64,000 bases of DNA from Escherichia coli (GTDB lineage Bacteria; Pseudomonadota; Gammaproteobacteria; Enterobacterales; Enterobacteriaceae), in the NCBI RefSeq assembly GCF_003334315.1, contig NZ_QOWR01000022.1. One strand, written 5' to 3'. The notes under the pieces are model-generated. The model was not told the DNA's origin. It worked only from the letters and a program-made list of their open reading frames with translations, and did not search any database. The translations under genes were made by a program, and so were the position numbers. Each line of letters begins with the position of its first letter. Position 1 is the stretch's first letter. Positions 10,125-21,902 of this stretch are shown here, piece by piece.

Positions 10125-10838
10125 ATGATTAAAAATTTGCCGCAAATAGTGTTGTTGAATATTGTCGGCCTCGCGCTGTTTCTTTCCTGGTATATCCCCG
10201 TTAATCATGGATTCTGGTTGCCGATTGATGCGGATATTTTTTATTTCTTTAATCAGAAACTGGTCGAAAGTAAGGCCTTTTTGTGGCTGGTTGCATTGAC
10301 CAACAATCGCGCCTTCGACGGTTGTTCACTGCTGGCGATGGGTATGTTGATGCTGAGTTTCTGGCTGAAAGAAAACGCCCCTGGCAGACGACGTATCGTG
10401 ATTATTGGTCTGGTCATGCTATTAACTGCAGTGGTATTAAACCAGCTGGGTCAGGCATTAATTCCTGTAAAACGGGCCAGCCCAACATTGACTTTTACCG
10501 ATATTAACCGCGTCAGCGAACTGCTCTCTGTTCCCACGAAAGATGCCTCACGAGATAGCTTTCCCGGCGATCACGGCATGATGCTGCTTATTTTTTCGGC
10601 ATTCATGTGGCGTTATTTCGGCAAAGTTGCAGGCCTTATCGCCCTTATTATTTTTGTGGTTTTTGCATTTCCCAGAGTAATGATTGGCGCACACTGGTTT
10701 ACTGACATCATTGTCGGTTCGATGACCGTGATATTGATCGGTTTGCCCTGGGTGTTGCTGACGCCATTAAGTGATCGATTAATCACCTTTTTTGACAAAT
10801 CACTACCAGGAAAAAACAAACATTTCCAAAACAAATAA
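10125..10838 (+). CDS. lpxT: Lipid A 1-diphosphate synthase (undecaprenyl-pyrophosphate phosphotransferase)
   Basis: 237-aa PAP2-family membrane protein starting MIKNLPQIVLLNIVGL... Confidence 0.85.
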   Translation: MIKNLPQIVLLNIVGLALFLSWYIPVNHGFWLPIDADIFYFFNQKLVESKAFLWLVALTNNRAFDGCSLLAMGMLMLSFWLKENAPGRRRIVIIGLVMLLTAVVLNQLGQALIPVKRASPTLTFTDINRVSELLSVPTKDASRDSFPGDHGMMLLIFSAFMWRYFGKVAGLIALIIFVVFAFPRVMIGAHWFTDIIVGSMTVILIGLPWVLLTPLSDRLITFFDKSLPGKNKHFQNK

Positions 10839-11249
10839 CTCACAGTAATTAACATCATCAGGGTTATTTTTATAGTGAGGATAATCCTGATGATGCGCAC
10901 CGTGCTTTCATCTATCGAACGCAAAAATCATTCTCTAAGTAAATGAATGGATTGCATGCGTTTCACTCAATTGTACTTTAATTGACCAACCCCGCTTATT
11001 AACTTTCTGTATCACTTTTTCTTATAAAAAATCATGTAAAACCGCTCGCCAAGACCGCACCAATCGGGTAATCTCGAACTCGTTTTGCCTCGGCGGTAGA
11101 TTATCCTCACAGCATATAATTTTGTGCGTTAGTCCACAGATTTGGCCTTAAGGAATTGTTTCAACATGCCCAGGTAATTAGTCTCGTGTCGCTTGGCATT
11201 TTTTTATAACGATATTTGTCGTTAAGGACTTCAAGGGAAAACAAACAAC

Positions 11250-11816
11250 ATGGTCAAATCTCAACCGATTTTGAGATATATCTTGCGCGGGATTCCCGCG
11301 ATTGCAGTAGCGGTTCTGCTTTCTGCATGTAGTGCAAATAACACCGCAAAGAATATGCATCCTGAGACACGTGCAGTGGGTAGTGAAACATCATCACTGC
11401 AAGCTTCTCAGGATGAATTTGAAAACCTGGTTCGTAATGTCGACGTAAAATCGCGAATTATGGATCAGTATGCTGACTGGAAAGGCGTACGTTATCGTCT
11501 GGGCGGCAGCACTAAAAAAGGTATCGATTGTTCTGGTTTCGTACAGCGTACATTCCGTGAGCAATTTGGCTTAGAACTTCCGCGTTCGACTTACGAACAG
11601 CAGGAAATGGGTAAATCTGTTTCCCGCAGTAATTTGCGTACGGGTGATTTAGTTCTGTTCCGTGCCGGTTCAACGGGACGCCATGTCGGTATTTATATCG
11701 GCAACAATCAGTTTGTCCATGCTTCCACCAGCAGTGGTGTTATTATTTCCAGCATGAATGAACCGTACTGGAAGAAGCGTTACAACGAAGCACGCCGGGT
11801 TCTCAGCCGCAGCTAA
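11250..11816 (+). CDS. mepS: Peptidoglycan DD-endopeptidase/LD-carboxypeptidase (NlpC/P60 lipoprotein)
   Basis: 188-aa ORF with a lipoprotein signal (LLSAC) and the NlpC/P60 motif (DCSGFVQ...H). Confidence 0.93.
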
Positions 11817-11863
11817 TAAACCGTTTGGATGCAATCCCTTGGCTATCCTGACGAGTTAACTGA

Positions 11864-11892
11864 AAGCACTGCTTAGGCAGTGCTTTTTTGTT
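11864..11892 (+). terminator. Rho-independent terminator after mepS
   Basis: Hairpin aaagcactgc-ttag-gcagtgcttt followed by a T-run. Confidence 0.65.
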
Positions 11893-11996
11893 TTCATTCA
11901 TCAGAGAAAATGATGTTTCCGCGTCTTGATCCAGGCTATAGTCCGGTCATTGTTATCTTTTAAATGTTGTCGTAATTTCAGGAAATTAACGGAATC

Positions 11997-13553
11997 ATGT
12001 TCATACGCGCTCCCAATTTTGGACGTAAGCTCCTGCTTACCTGCATTGTTGCAGGCGTAATGATTGCGATACTGGTGAGTTGCCTTCAGTTTTTAGTGGC
12101 CTGGCATAAGCACGAAGTCAAATACGACACACTGATTACCGACGTACAAAAGTATCTCGATACCTATTTTGCCGACCTGAAATCCACTACTGACCGGCTC
12201 CAGCCGCTGACCTTAGATACCTGCCAGCAAGCTAACCCCGAACTGACCGCCCGCGCAGCGTTTAGCATGAATGTCCGAACGTTTGTGCTGGTGAAAGATA
12301 AAAAAACATTCTGTTCATCTGCGACCGGTGAGATGGACATTCCACTCAATGAATTGATTCCGGCGCTCGACATTAATAAAAACGTCGATATGGCGATCTT
12401 ACCCGGCACGCCGATGGTGCCGAACAAACCCGCAATCGTCATCTGGTATCGCAACCCTTTGCTGAAAAATAGCGGCGTCTTTGCCGCTCTGAATCTCAAC
12501 CTGACGCCTTCACTCTTTTATAGTTCACGGCAGGAAGATTACGATGGCGTCGCCCTCATTATTGGCAATACTGCGCTATCTACCTTTTCTTCACGTTTGA
12601 TGAACGTTAACGAATTAACCGACATGCCAGTCCGTGAAACTAAAATTGCGGGCATTCCTCTGACCGTTCGGCTTTATGCAGATGACTGGACATGGAACGA
12701 TGTGTGGTACGCATTTTTACTGGGCGGCATGAGTGGAACTGTCGTTGGCCTGCTCTGCTATTACCTGATGAGCGTACGTATGCGCCCCGGCAGAGAAATC
12801 ATGACCGCCATCAAGCGCGAACAATTTTACGTGGCGTATCAACCGGTGGTGGATACACAAGCTTTGCGAGTAACGGGCCTGGAAGTACTGCTACGCTGGC
12901 GGCATCCTGTCGCGGGAGAAATTCCCCCGGATGCCTTCATTAACTTTGCCGAATCGCAAAAGATGATTGTGCCGCTGACTCAGCACCTGTTTGAGTTAAT
13001 TGCCCGCGATGCCGCAGAATTAGAAAAAGTGCTGCCGGTAGGCGTCAAATTTGGTATTAACATTGCGCCGGACCATCTGCACAGCGAAAGCTTTAAAGCA
13101 GATATCCAGAAACTGCTCACTTCCCTGCCCGCACACCATTTCCAGATTGTGCTGGAAATTACCGAGCGCGATATGTTGAAAGAGCAAGAAGCCACACAAC
13201 TCTTCGCCTGGCTGCACTCGGTCGGCGTAGAAATTGCTATTGATGACTTCGGCACCGGGCACAGCGCGCTTATCTATCTTGAGCGTTTTACGCTCGATTA
13301 TCTGAAAATTGACCGTGGATTTATCAACGCCATCGGTACGGAAACGATCACTTCCCCCGTACTTGACGCGGTGCTGACGCTGGCGAAACGCCTCAATATG
13401 CTGACGGTTGCTGAAGGGGTCGAAACGCCGGAACAGGCGCGATGGCTAAGCGAACGCGGCGTTAATTTCATGCAAGGCTACTGGATTAGCCGCCCGTTAC
13501 CGCTGGACGATTTTGTTCGCTGGCTAAAGAAACCGTATACGCCGCAGTGGTAA
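11997..13553 (+). CDS. pdeN: c-di-GMP phosphodiesterase (CSS periplasmic domain + EAL domain)
   Basis: 518-aa ORF with N-terminal TM/periplasmic region and a C-terminal EAL domain (..EVLLRW.. ..DDFGTG..); formerly rtn. Confidence 0.88.
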   Translation: MFIRAPNFGRKLLLTCIVAGVMIAILVSCLQFLVAWHKHEVKYDTLITDVQKYLDTYFADLKSTTDRLQPLTLDTCQQANPELTARAAFSMNVRTFVLVKDKKTFCSSATGEMDIPLNELIPALDINKNVDMAILPGTPMVPNKPAIVIWYRNPLLKNSGVFAALNLNLTPSLFYSSRQEDYDGVALIIGNTALSTFSSRLMNVNELTDMPVRETKIAGIPLTVRLYADDWTWNDVWYAFLLGGMSGTVVGLLCYYLMSVRMRPGREIMTAIKREQFYVAYQPVVDTQALRVTGLEVLLRWRHPVAGEIPPDAFINFAESQKMIVPLTQHLFELIARDAAELEKVLPVGVKFGINIAPDHLHSESFKADIQKLLTSLPAHHFQIVLEITERDMLKEQEATQLFAWLHSVGVEIAIDDFGTGHSALIYLERFTLDYLKIDRGFINAIGTETITSPVLDAVLTLAKRLNMLTVAEGVETPEQARWLSERGVNFMQGYWISRPLPLDDFVRWLKKPYTPQW

Positions 13554-13628
13554 GGTGTGCTTACGTCCCTTATTATTCATAGTGAAAGCATGCCGGATTG
13601 CGGCTAATGATGAGTAAAAGGAAATCCG

Positions 13629-15449
13629 TTGCAGATGATTGTGCGCATACTGCTGCTGTTTATCGCTCTGTTCACCTTTGGTGTGCAGGCGCAGGCTATC
13701 AAGGAAAGCTATGCCTTTGCCGTGCTGGGCGAACCCCGGTACGCGTTTAATTTCAACCATTTTGATTATGTGAACCCCGCCGCGCCAAAAGGTGGGCAGA
13801 TAACGTTGTCAGCCCTCGGCACCTTCGATAATTTCAACCGCTATGCACTGCGCGGCAACCCGGGCGCACGCACCGAGCAGCTGTACGACACGCTATTTAC
13901 GACTTCCGATGACGAACCAGGCAGTTATTACCCGCTGATTGCTGAAAGCGCACGCTATGCTGACGATTATTCCTGGGTGGAGGTCGCTATTAATCCGCGC
14001 GCCCGTTTTCATGATGGTTCGCCCATTACTGCCCGCGATGTAGAGTTTACTTTTCAAAAATTTATGACCGAAGGCGTGCCGCAATTTCGTCTGGTCTACA
14101 AAGGCACCACCGTCAAAGCCATTGCACCGTTAACCGTGCGCATTGAGTTAGCTAAACCCGGCAAAGAAGATATGCTGAGTCTGTTTTCGCTGCCGGTATT
14201 TCCAGAAAAGTACTGGAAGGATCACAAACTTAGCGACCCGCTCGCCACGCCTCCGCTTGCCAGTGGTCCGTACCGCGTTACGTCCTGGAAAATGGGGCAA
14301 AATATTGTCTATTCCCGTGTGAAAGATTACTGGGCAGCAAACTTACCGGTAAACCGTGGACGCTGGAATTTCGACACCATTCGCTACGATTATTACCTCG
14401 ATGATAATGTCGCCTTTGAAGCGTTTAAAGCAGGTGCCTTTGATTTGCGTATGGAAAACGACGCCAAAAACTGGGCCACGCGTTATACCGGTAAAAATTT
14501 CGATAAAAAATACATCATCAAAGATGAGCAAAAGAACGAATCAGCCCAGGATACGCGTTGGCTGGCGTTTAATATCCAACGTCCGGTATTCAGCGATCGC
14601 CGGGTCCGGGAAGCTATCACTCTCGCCTTTGACTTTGAATGGATGAACAAGGCGTTGTTTTACAATGCCTGGAGTCGCACGAACAGTTATTTTCAGAATA
14701 CCGAATACGCGGCCAGAAATTACCCCGACGCCGCGGAGCTGGTGCTTCTGGCACCAATGAAAAAAGATCTACCGTCAGAAGTCTTCACACAAATCTACCA
14801 GCCGCCGGTATCCAAAGGCGATGGCTACGATCGTGACAACCTGTTAAAAGCCGACAAACTTCTCAACGAAGCGGGCTGGGTGCTGAAGGGTCAGCAACGC
14901 GTTAATGCCACAACGGGTCAGCCACTCAGCTTTGAATTATTGCTTCCCGCAAGCAGCAATAGTCAGTGGGTATTGCCGTTCCAGCACAGCCTGCAACGGC
15001 TGGGTATCAACATGGACATTCGCAAGGTGGATAACTCGCAAATCACTAACCGCATGCGCAGTCGCGACTATGACATGATGCCGCGCGTATGGCGGGCGAT
15101 GCCGTGGCCCAGTTCCGATTTACAGATTTCCTGGTCATCGGAATATATCAATTCCACTTATAATGCCCCCGGCGTGCAAAGCCCGGTTATCGACTCGCTG
15201 ATCAACCAAATTATTGCCGCGCAGGGAAATAAAGAAAAATTACTGCCGTTGGGGCGAGCACTGGATCGCGTATTAACGTGGAATTATTACATGCTGCCAA
15301 TGTGGTACATGGCGGAAGACCGTCTCGCCTGGTGGGATAAATTCTCCCAGCCGGCCGTGCGCCCCATCTATAGCCTCGGTATCGATACCTGGTGGTATGA
15401 CGTCAATAAAGCGGCCAAACTGCCGTCCGCCAGCAAACAGGGAGAGTAG
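13629..15449 (+). CDS. yejA: Periplasmic oligopeptide-binding protein of the YejABEF ABC importer
   Basis: About 604–606 aa with signal peptide; family-5 solute-binding protein. Start could be 13629 or 13635. Confidence 0.9.
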
Positions 15450-16544
15450 ATGGGCGCTTACCTGATTCGCCGTCTGTTGCTGGTGATCCCAACATTATGG
15501 GCGATTATCACCATCAACTTTTTCATCGTGCAAATTGCGCCTGGCGGTCCGGTCGACCAGGCCATCGCCGCCATTGAGTTTGGTAATGCCGGAGTATTAC
15601 CCGGCGCAGGCGGTGAAGGTGTTCGTGCCAGCCATGCGCAAACGGGTGTCGGCAATATCAGCGACAGTAATTACCGTGGCGGACGCGGATTAGATCCAGA
15701 AGTGATCGCTGAGATCACTCATCGCTACGGTTTTGATAAGCCGATCCACGAACGTTACTTCAAAATGCTCTGGGACTACATCCGCTTTGATTTTGGCGAT
15801 AGCCTGTTTCGCAGCGCCTCGGTGCTGACGCTGATTAAAGACAGTCTGCCGGTTTCCATCACCCTCGGATTGTGGAGCACGCTGATTATCTATCTGGTGT
15901 CGATTCCGTTAGGCATTCGCAAAGCTGTTTATAATGGGAGCCGCTTTGACGTCTGGAGTAGCGCATTTATCATCATCGGCTACGCCATTCCGGCCTTTTT
16001 GTTTGCCATCCTGCTGATTGTCTTCTTCGCGGGCGGCAGCTATTTCGACCTGTTCCCTCTACGCGGCCTGGTTTCCGCTAACTTTGATTCGCTGCCGTGG
16101 TATCAGAAAATCACCGATTATCTGTGGCATATCACGCTGCCGGTGCTGGCGACAGTGATTGGTGGCTTTGCGGCGCTGACCATGCTGACAAAAAACTCAT
16201 TCCTTGATGAAGTGCGCAAGCAATACGTGGTGACCGCGCGTGCGAAAGGGGTAAGTGAAAAAAATATTCTCTGGAAACATGTGTTCCGCAACGCCATGCT
16301 GCTGGTGATTGCCGGTTTTCCGGCGACGTTTATCAGCATGTTTTTTACCGGCTCGCTGCTGATTGAGGTGATGTTTTCACTCAATGGTCTGGGCTTACTG
16401 GGCTACGAAGCGACCGTCTCGCGCGATTATCCTGTAATGTTTGGTACCTTGTATATTTTCACCCTGATTGGCCTGCTGCTGAATATTGTCAGTGATATCA
16501 GCTATACGCTGGTTGATCCGCGTATTGATTTTGAGGGACGTTAA
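15450..16544 (+). CDS. yejB: ABC transporter permease YejB
   Basis: 364-aa membrane ORF immediately following yejA. Confidence 0.9.
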
Positions 16545-17569
16545 TGTCGCGACTCAGCCCCGTCAATCAGGCCCGTTGGGCGCGTTTTCGTCATAACCGT
16601 CGCGGCTACTGGTCGTTATGGATTTTCCTCGTCTTGTTTGGTTTGAGTTTGTGTTCTGAACTTATCGCCAACGATAAACCGTTGCTGGTGCGTTATGACG
16701 GCAGTTGGTATTTCCCGTTATTGAAAAACTACAGCGAAAGCGATTTTGGCGGCCCGCTGGCAAGTCAGGCTGATTATCAGGACCCGTGGCTGAAACAACG
16801 GCTGGAAAATAACGGCTGGGTACTGTGGGCACCGATTCGCTTTGGTGCTACCAGTATCAACTTTGCTACCGATAAGCCCTTCCCTTCTCCACCCTCCCGG
16901 CAAAACTGGCTGGGAACGGATGCCAACGGCGGCGATGTGCTGGCACGCATTCTCTATGGCACGCGGATCTCGGTTCTGTTTGGCCTGATGCTGACTCTCT
17001 GTTCCAGCGTGATGGGCGTGCTGGCGGGGGCGCTACAAGGCTATTACGGCGGTAAAGTCGATCTCTGGGGACAACGCTTTATTGAAGTATGGTCGGGGAT
17101 GCCGACGCTGTTTTTGATTATTTTACTTTCCAGCGTCGTACAGCCTAACTTCTGGTGGCTGCTGGCAATTACTGTCTTGTTTGGCTGGATGAGTCTGGTC
17201 GGCGTGGTGCGGGCGGAGTTTTTACGTACTCGTAATTTCGACTACATTCGTGCGGCACAGGCGCTTGGCGTCAGCGATCGCAGTATCATCCTGCGTCATA
17301 TGTTGCCTAATGCCATGGTCGCGACCCTCACCTTTTTACCGTTTATTTTATGTAGTTCGATAACCACCCTGACCTCGCTCGATTTCCTCGGCTTCGGTCT
17401 ACCGCTCGGTTCACCGTCACTCGGTGAACTGCTGTTACAAGGGAAAAATAACCTTCAGGCCCCGTGGCTTGGGATCACCGCCTTCTTGTCGGTGGCGATA
17501 TTATTGTCTTTGCTGATCTTTATTGGTGAAGCCGTCCGCGACGCATTTGATCCTAATAAGGCGGTGTAG
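16544..17569 (+). CDS. yejE: ABC transporter permease YejE
   Basis: 341-aa membrane ORF; start overlaps the yejB stop (ATGA-type coupling). Confidence 0.9.
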   Translation: MSRLSPVNQARWARFRHNRRGYWSLWIFLVLFGLSLCSELIANDKPLLVRYDGSWYFPLLKNYSESDFGGPLASQADYQDPWLKQRLENNGWVLWAPIRFGATSINFATDKPFPSPPSRQNWLGTDANGGDVLARILYGTRISVLFGLMLTLCSSVMGVLAGALQGYYGGKVDLWGQRFIEVWSGMPTLFLIILLSSVVQPNFWWLLAITVLFGWMSLVGVVRAEFLRTRNFDYIRAAQALGVSDRSIILRHMLPNAMVATLTFLPFILCSSITTLTSLDFLGFGLPLGSPSLGELLLQGKNNLQAPWLGITAFLSVAILLSLLIFIGEAVRDAFDPNKAV

Positions 17570-17570
17570 C

Positions 17571-19160
17571 ATGACGCAAACTCTGTTAGCGATTGAAAAT
17601 TTGTCGGTGGGTTTTCGCCATCAGCAAACCGTACGTACAGTAGTCAATGATGTTTCACTACAGATTGAGGCTGGCGAAACGCTGGCGCTGGTGGGTGAGT
17701 CAGGTTCAGGCAAAAGCGTTACCGCGCTGTCAATTTTACGCCTGCTCCCTTCCCCGCCGGTTGAATATCTCTCCGGCGATATTCGTTTTCATGGCGAATC
17801 GCTGCTTCACGCCAGCGATCAAACGTTGCGCGGTGTACGCGGTAATAAGATCGCCATGATTTTTCAGGAACCGATGGTGTCGTTAAATCCATTGCATACC
17901 CTGGAAAAACAGCTTTATGAAGTGCTTTCACTCCACCGCGGGATGCGTCGGGAAGCGGCTCGTGGCGAAATTCTTAACTGCCTTGATCGCGTTGGTATCC
18001 GCCAGGCGGCAAAACGGCTGACAGATTATCCGCATCAGCTCTCCGGCGGCGAACGGCAGCGGGTGATGATTGCGATGGCGCTGTTAACGCGACCGGAATT
18101 ATTAATTGCCGATGAACCGACCACCGCACTGGACGTCTCTGTCCAGGCGCAGATTTTACAGCTGTTGCGCGAACTGCAAGGCGAGCTGAATATGGGCATG
18201 CTGTTTATTACTCATAACCTCAGCATTGTCAGAAAACTGGCCCACCGCGTGGCGGTAATGCAAAACGGTCGCTGTGTCGAGCAAAATTACGCCGCTACGC
18301 TATTTGCATCACCCACTCATCCTTACACACAAAAGCTACTCAACAGTGAACCGTCAGGCGATCCAGTGCCGTTGCCAGAACCTGCCTCAACGTTGCTGGA
18401 TGTTGAACAGCTTCAGGTTGCCTTCCCCATTCGCAAAGGGATTTTGAAGCGCATTGTGGATCATAATGTGGTGGTGAAAAACATCAGTTTTACGCTACGA
18501 GCGGGTGAAACACTGGGTTTAGTGGGCGAGTCCGGTTCCGGGAAAAGTACGACGGGACTGGCGCTGCTGCGACTGATTAATTCTCAGGGCAGCATCATCT
18601 TTGACGGTCAGCCACTGCAAAATTTAAATCGCCGCCAGCTGTTACCTATTCGTCATCGCATTCAGGTGGTATTTCAGGATCCAAACTCCTCGCTCAACCC
18701 ACGACTCAACGTTTTGCAGATTATTGAGGAAGGCTTACGGGTTCACCAGCCGACGCTTTCTGCCGCACAACGCGAACAACAAGTGATAGCCGTGATGCAT
18801 GAAGTGGGATTAGATCCTGAAACACGCCACCGTTATCCGGCGGAGTTCTCTGGTGGTCAGCGACAACGTATTGCGATTGCCAGGGCATTAATTCTTAAGC
18901 CCTCGCTGATCATACTTGATGAACCGACATCATCACTCGACAAAACGGTACAGGCGCAAATATTGACGCTATTGAAATCATTGCAACAAAAGCATCAACT
19001 GGCCTATTTGTTTATCAGCCACGATTTGCACGTTGTCCGCGCGTTATGTCATCAGGTTATCATACTGCGACAAGGGGAAGTAGTGGAACAAGGACCGTGC
19101 GCGCGCGTGTTTGCCACACCGCAGCAGGAGTATACGCGTCAGCTACTGGCGTTGAGCTGA
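17571..19160 (+). CDS. yejF: ABC transporter ATP-binding protein YejF (two fused ATPase domains)
   Basis: Two Walker A motifs (GESGSGKS twice) and two LSGG signature motifs; start set at MTQTLLAIENL (529 aa) rather than the upstream ATG of the track ORF. Confidence 0.9.
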   Translation: MTQTLLAIENLSVGFRHQQTVRTVVNDVSLQIEAGETLALVGESGSGKSVTALSILRLLPSPPVEYLSGDIRFHGESLLHASDQTLRGVRGNKIAMIFQEPMVSLNPLHTLEKQLYEVLSLHRGMRREAARGEILNCLDRVGIRQAAKRLTDYPHQLSGGERQRVMIAMALLTRPELLIADEPTTALDVSVQAQILQLLRELQGELNMGMLFITHNLSIVRKLAHRVAVMQNGRCVEQNYAATLFASPTHPYTQKLLNSEPSGDPVPLPEPASTLLDVEQLQVAFPIRKGILKRIVDHNVVVKNISFTLRAGETLGLVGESGSGKSTTGLALLRLINSQGSIIFDGQPLQNLNRRQLLPIRHRIQVVFQDPNSSLNPRLNVLQIIEEGLRVHQPTLSAAQREQQVIAVMHEVGLDPETRHRYPAEFSGGQRQRIAIARALILKPSLIILDEPTSSLDKTVQAQILTLLKSLQQKHQLAYLFISHDLHVVRALCHQVIILRQGEVVEQGPCARVFATPQQEYTRQLLALS

Positions 19161-19163
19161 CGC

Positions 19164-19508
19164 TTAAAAAGGATTGTAGTTTGAAAAGGGTTCGGCAATT
19201 GCCACACCAAAATTTTTCAATCGGCATGTTGCAGCAAACTCGTCCTGGCGATTTACAAACAGGCACGGCTCACCTTCACACTCCAGCACCGAACATGGAA
19301 CTTCGATGTCGCTTAACGCCTGGCTTAGTTTATACATCACCGACCATGCATTATCACCATCCGGGCTAAGCAATTTAAGCGCCACCAGGCTGTTGTCACC
19401 GCACGGTCCATTTTGCGGAATCGGTTCAACCTTCGAACCTGCGAAACCAGCAGACCAGCGATAGTTCTGCGGCAGTCGATGGACGATTGAGAGTTGTAAT
19501 GAAGTCAC
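19164..19508 (-). CDS. yejG: Uncharacterized protein YejG
   Basis: 114-aa ORF in the conserved position convergent with yejF. Confidence 0.8.
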
Positions 19509-19840
19509 TTATTTTCCCCGGAAGCACATTCACTTCACAATTTGTTTACATCAATTTTAACACATCATCAACAATCCGTCTTTATACAGATCGTAAAGAT
19601 TGATGCCTCGCCTGCGTGGCCTCTATGGCTCTGATTTAAGTAATATCTGCGGGCGTGGTCACGTTTGCGGGGCTATATGTACCCGTTTCTGCGATCTAAC
19701 TCAACCTTTTTAACTACAATGATGTGACTTTTTACATAAATTGATTTTACATAAAATAAACATATATCGGGGGAATGATAGATTTGTGGTTGACATGCAT
19801 CAACAAAGGAAGCCTTTTAGCTTCCTCGTTGTGCAATAGA

Positions 19841-21031
19841 TCACCGTTTTTTCGGCCGACTGGCGTACAGACAGAAGAGAATGGAGCTGGTTGCGCAGAA
19901 TGCAATTGACCAAATCATCGGCCATGCAGAGTTAAAGGTCGCAAGAGAAAGCAATGCGCCAACAATTGCCCCTATGCCAAAACGGAAGGTTCCTGCCAGC
20001 GAAGATGCCGTTCCCGCCATATGGGGAAACTCATCAAGAATGACCGCCATCGCATTGGATGACACCATCGACACGCAGCCCACAAACGCCGCAACGCCAA
20101 CCACCAGCGACCAAAATCCCAGCCCCAGCAGCGCACTGATGACCATCCACGCTGCCATAATAAATTGTATCCACAACCCCGAGCGGAACATATTTAACGC
20201 GCCAATGCGGCGGACGAAGCGGCTGTTAAAGATGGTCATCACGAACAGAAAAACAATGTTTAGCGCAAAGTAATAACCAAAGTTTTCCGGCGCGACGTGG
20301 TTAATTTCAATATAAACAAACGGTCCGGCGCTTAAGAATGAGAACATCCCGGCAAAGCTGAAACCACTGGCAAGCATGTAGCTCAGGACACGTTTATGGC
20401 GGAACAGCGCCGCAAAGTTACCAATAGTGGTACGAATGTGAAATGGCTGACGACGCTCCGGTGGTAAGGTTTCTTTAATCAGGAAGAAAATCATTGCCGA
20501 AGCCAGAATCGCCGCTAATGCCAGGATCCAGAAGATGTAATGCCAGCTCAGCCACACCAGCACCCAGCCGCCAACTATCGGTGCCATCAGCGGTGCAATG
20601 GTTGTCACCAGCATGACAAACGACATCATCCGCGAGAACTCTTCTTTCGGGTAAATATCGCGCATCAGGGCGTTAATGACCACGCTGGCCGCAGCCGCAG
20701 CCAGCCCGTGGAAGAAACGCATCACAATCAGCTGATCGATGGTGTTTGCCAACGCACACGCCACCGCGGCGGCGGCAAACACCAGCGTACCGCCGAGCAC
20801 CACCGGCTTACGCCCGAAGCTGTCTGCCATCGGCCCGTAGATTAACTGCCCCAACGCAAAGCCCAGAATATAAGTACTGAGGGTCATCTGCGTACTGCCC
20901 GCCGGTACGCCAAACTGCGCTGAAATTACCGGTAGCGCGGGCAGATACATATCAATCGACAGCGGCATCAACATGGCCAGCAGGCCAAGGATAAAAACAA
21001 TAGCAAACGACGAATGCTGTCGGGTGGTCAC
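19841..21031 (-). CDS. bcr: MFS multidrug efflux transporter Bcr (bicyclomycin/sulfonamide resistance)
   Basis: 396-aa 12-TM MFS ORF. Confidence 0.9.
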
Positions 21032-21058
21032 AACGGGCTCCTGAAAGTCATTGAAAAG

Positions 21059-21754
21059 TTAGACGACGCTGGCAATTTCTTCTTCAGTTAACGGACGATA
21101 TTCACCGGGGGCTAAATCAGCATCCAGCGTAATACCGCCAATACGTTCACGATGCAGCTCAACCACGTGGTTACCCACGGCGGCGAACATGCGTTTCACC
21201 TGATGATAACGCCCTTCGCTGATGGTCAGACGAACCTGCGTTGGGGTAATCACTTCCAGCACCGCAGGCTTAGTGAGATCTTTTTCGTTATGCAGCTGCA
21301 CGCCTTTAGCAAATTGCTCTGCCGTATCGTCAGCTACAGGTGATTCCAGTGTCACCAGATAGGTCTTCTCGCAATGATGGCGCGGAGAAGTAATGCGGTG
21401 CGACCACTGACCATCATCAGTCATCAGCACCAGACCGGTGGTATCAATATCCAACCGCCCCGCCGCATGCAGTTTCCACGCTACCGGTTCATCAAGAAAA
21501 TAGAGCACCGTTGGGTGATCAGGGTCGTCCGTGGAGCAAACATAGCCCTGAGGCTTATTGAGCATGAAGTAACGTGGACCGTGTTGCTGCGCCAGCGGGT
21601 TGCCATCGTAAGCGACATCATGTTCAGGAAGCAGTTTGAACGCTGCATTACGGACGATTTCGCCATCGACGGTGACACGATTGCCGCGGATTTCACGCCC
21701 GGCAATAGCACGGCTAACGCCGAGTTGCTGTGCGATAAATTTATCAAGTCGCAT
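21059..21754 (-). CDS. rsuA: 16S rRNA pseudouridine(516) synthase
   Basis: 231-aa ORF with an N-terminal S4 domain and RsuA-family catalytic core. Confidence 0.92.
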
Positions 21755-21902
21755 GTGTGTGATTTTGCCTGTAAAAACGGAGGTCGGGCATTGACCCGAA
21801 AATCTGAACTGTTGTCTGCCCAGTATAGCGGTCTAATAACATCCCTCAAGGGAAAAAGATCCATGGCATACTATTAGCAGAATAATCTACCTACGCGAGA
21901 CC

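Noticed and set aside
17523-17570. N-terminal extensions of track ORFs (yejF from 17523, rcsB from 56006, lpxT from 10089, rplY from 23692, eco from 43955, napB up to 38810, ccmC up to 36415, atoS from 59905, yeiP from 6466)
   Set aside because: The longest-ORF starts overlap upstream genes or lack sensible N-termini; internal starts give the expected protein N-termini (for example MNNMNVIIADDHP for RcsB, MFTINAEV for L25).
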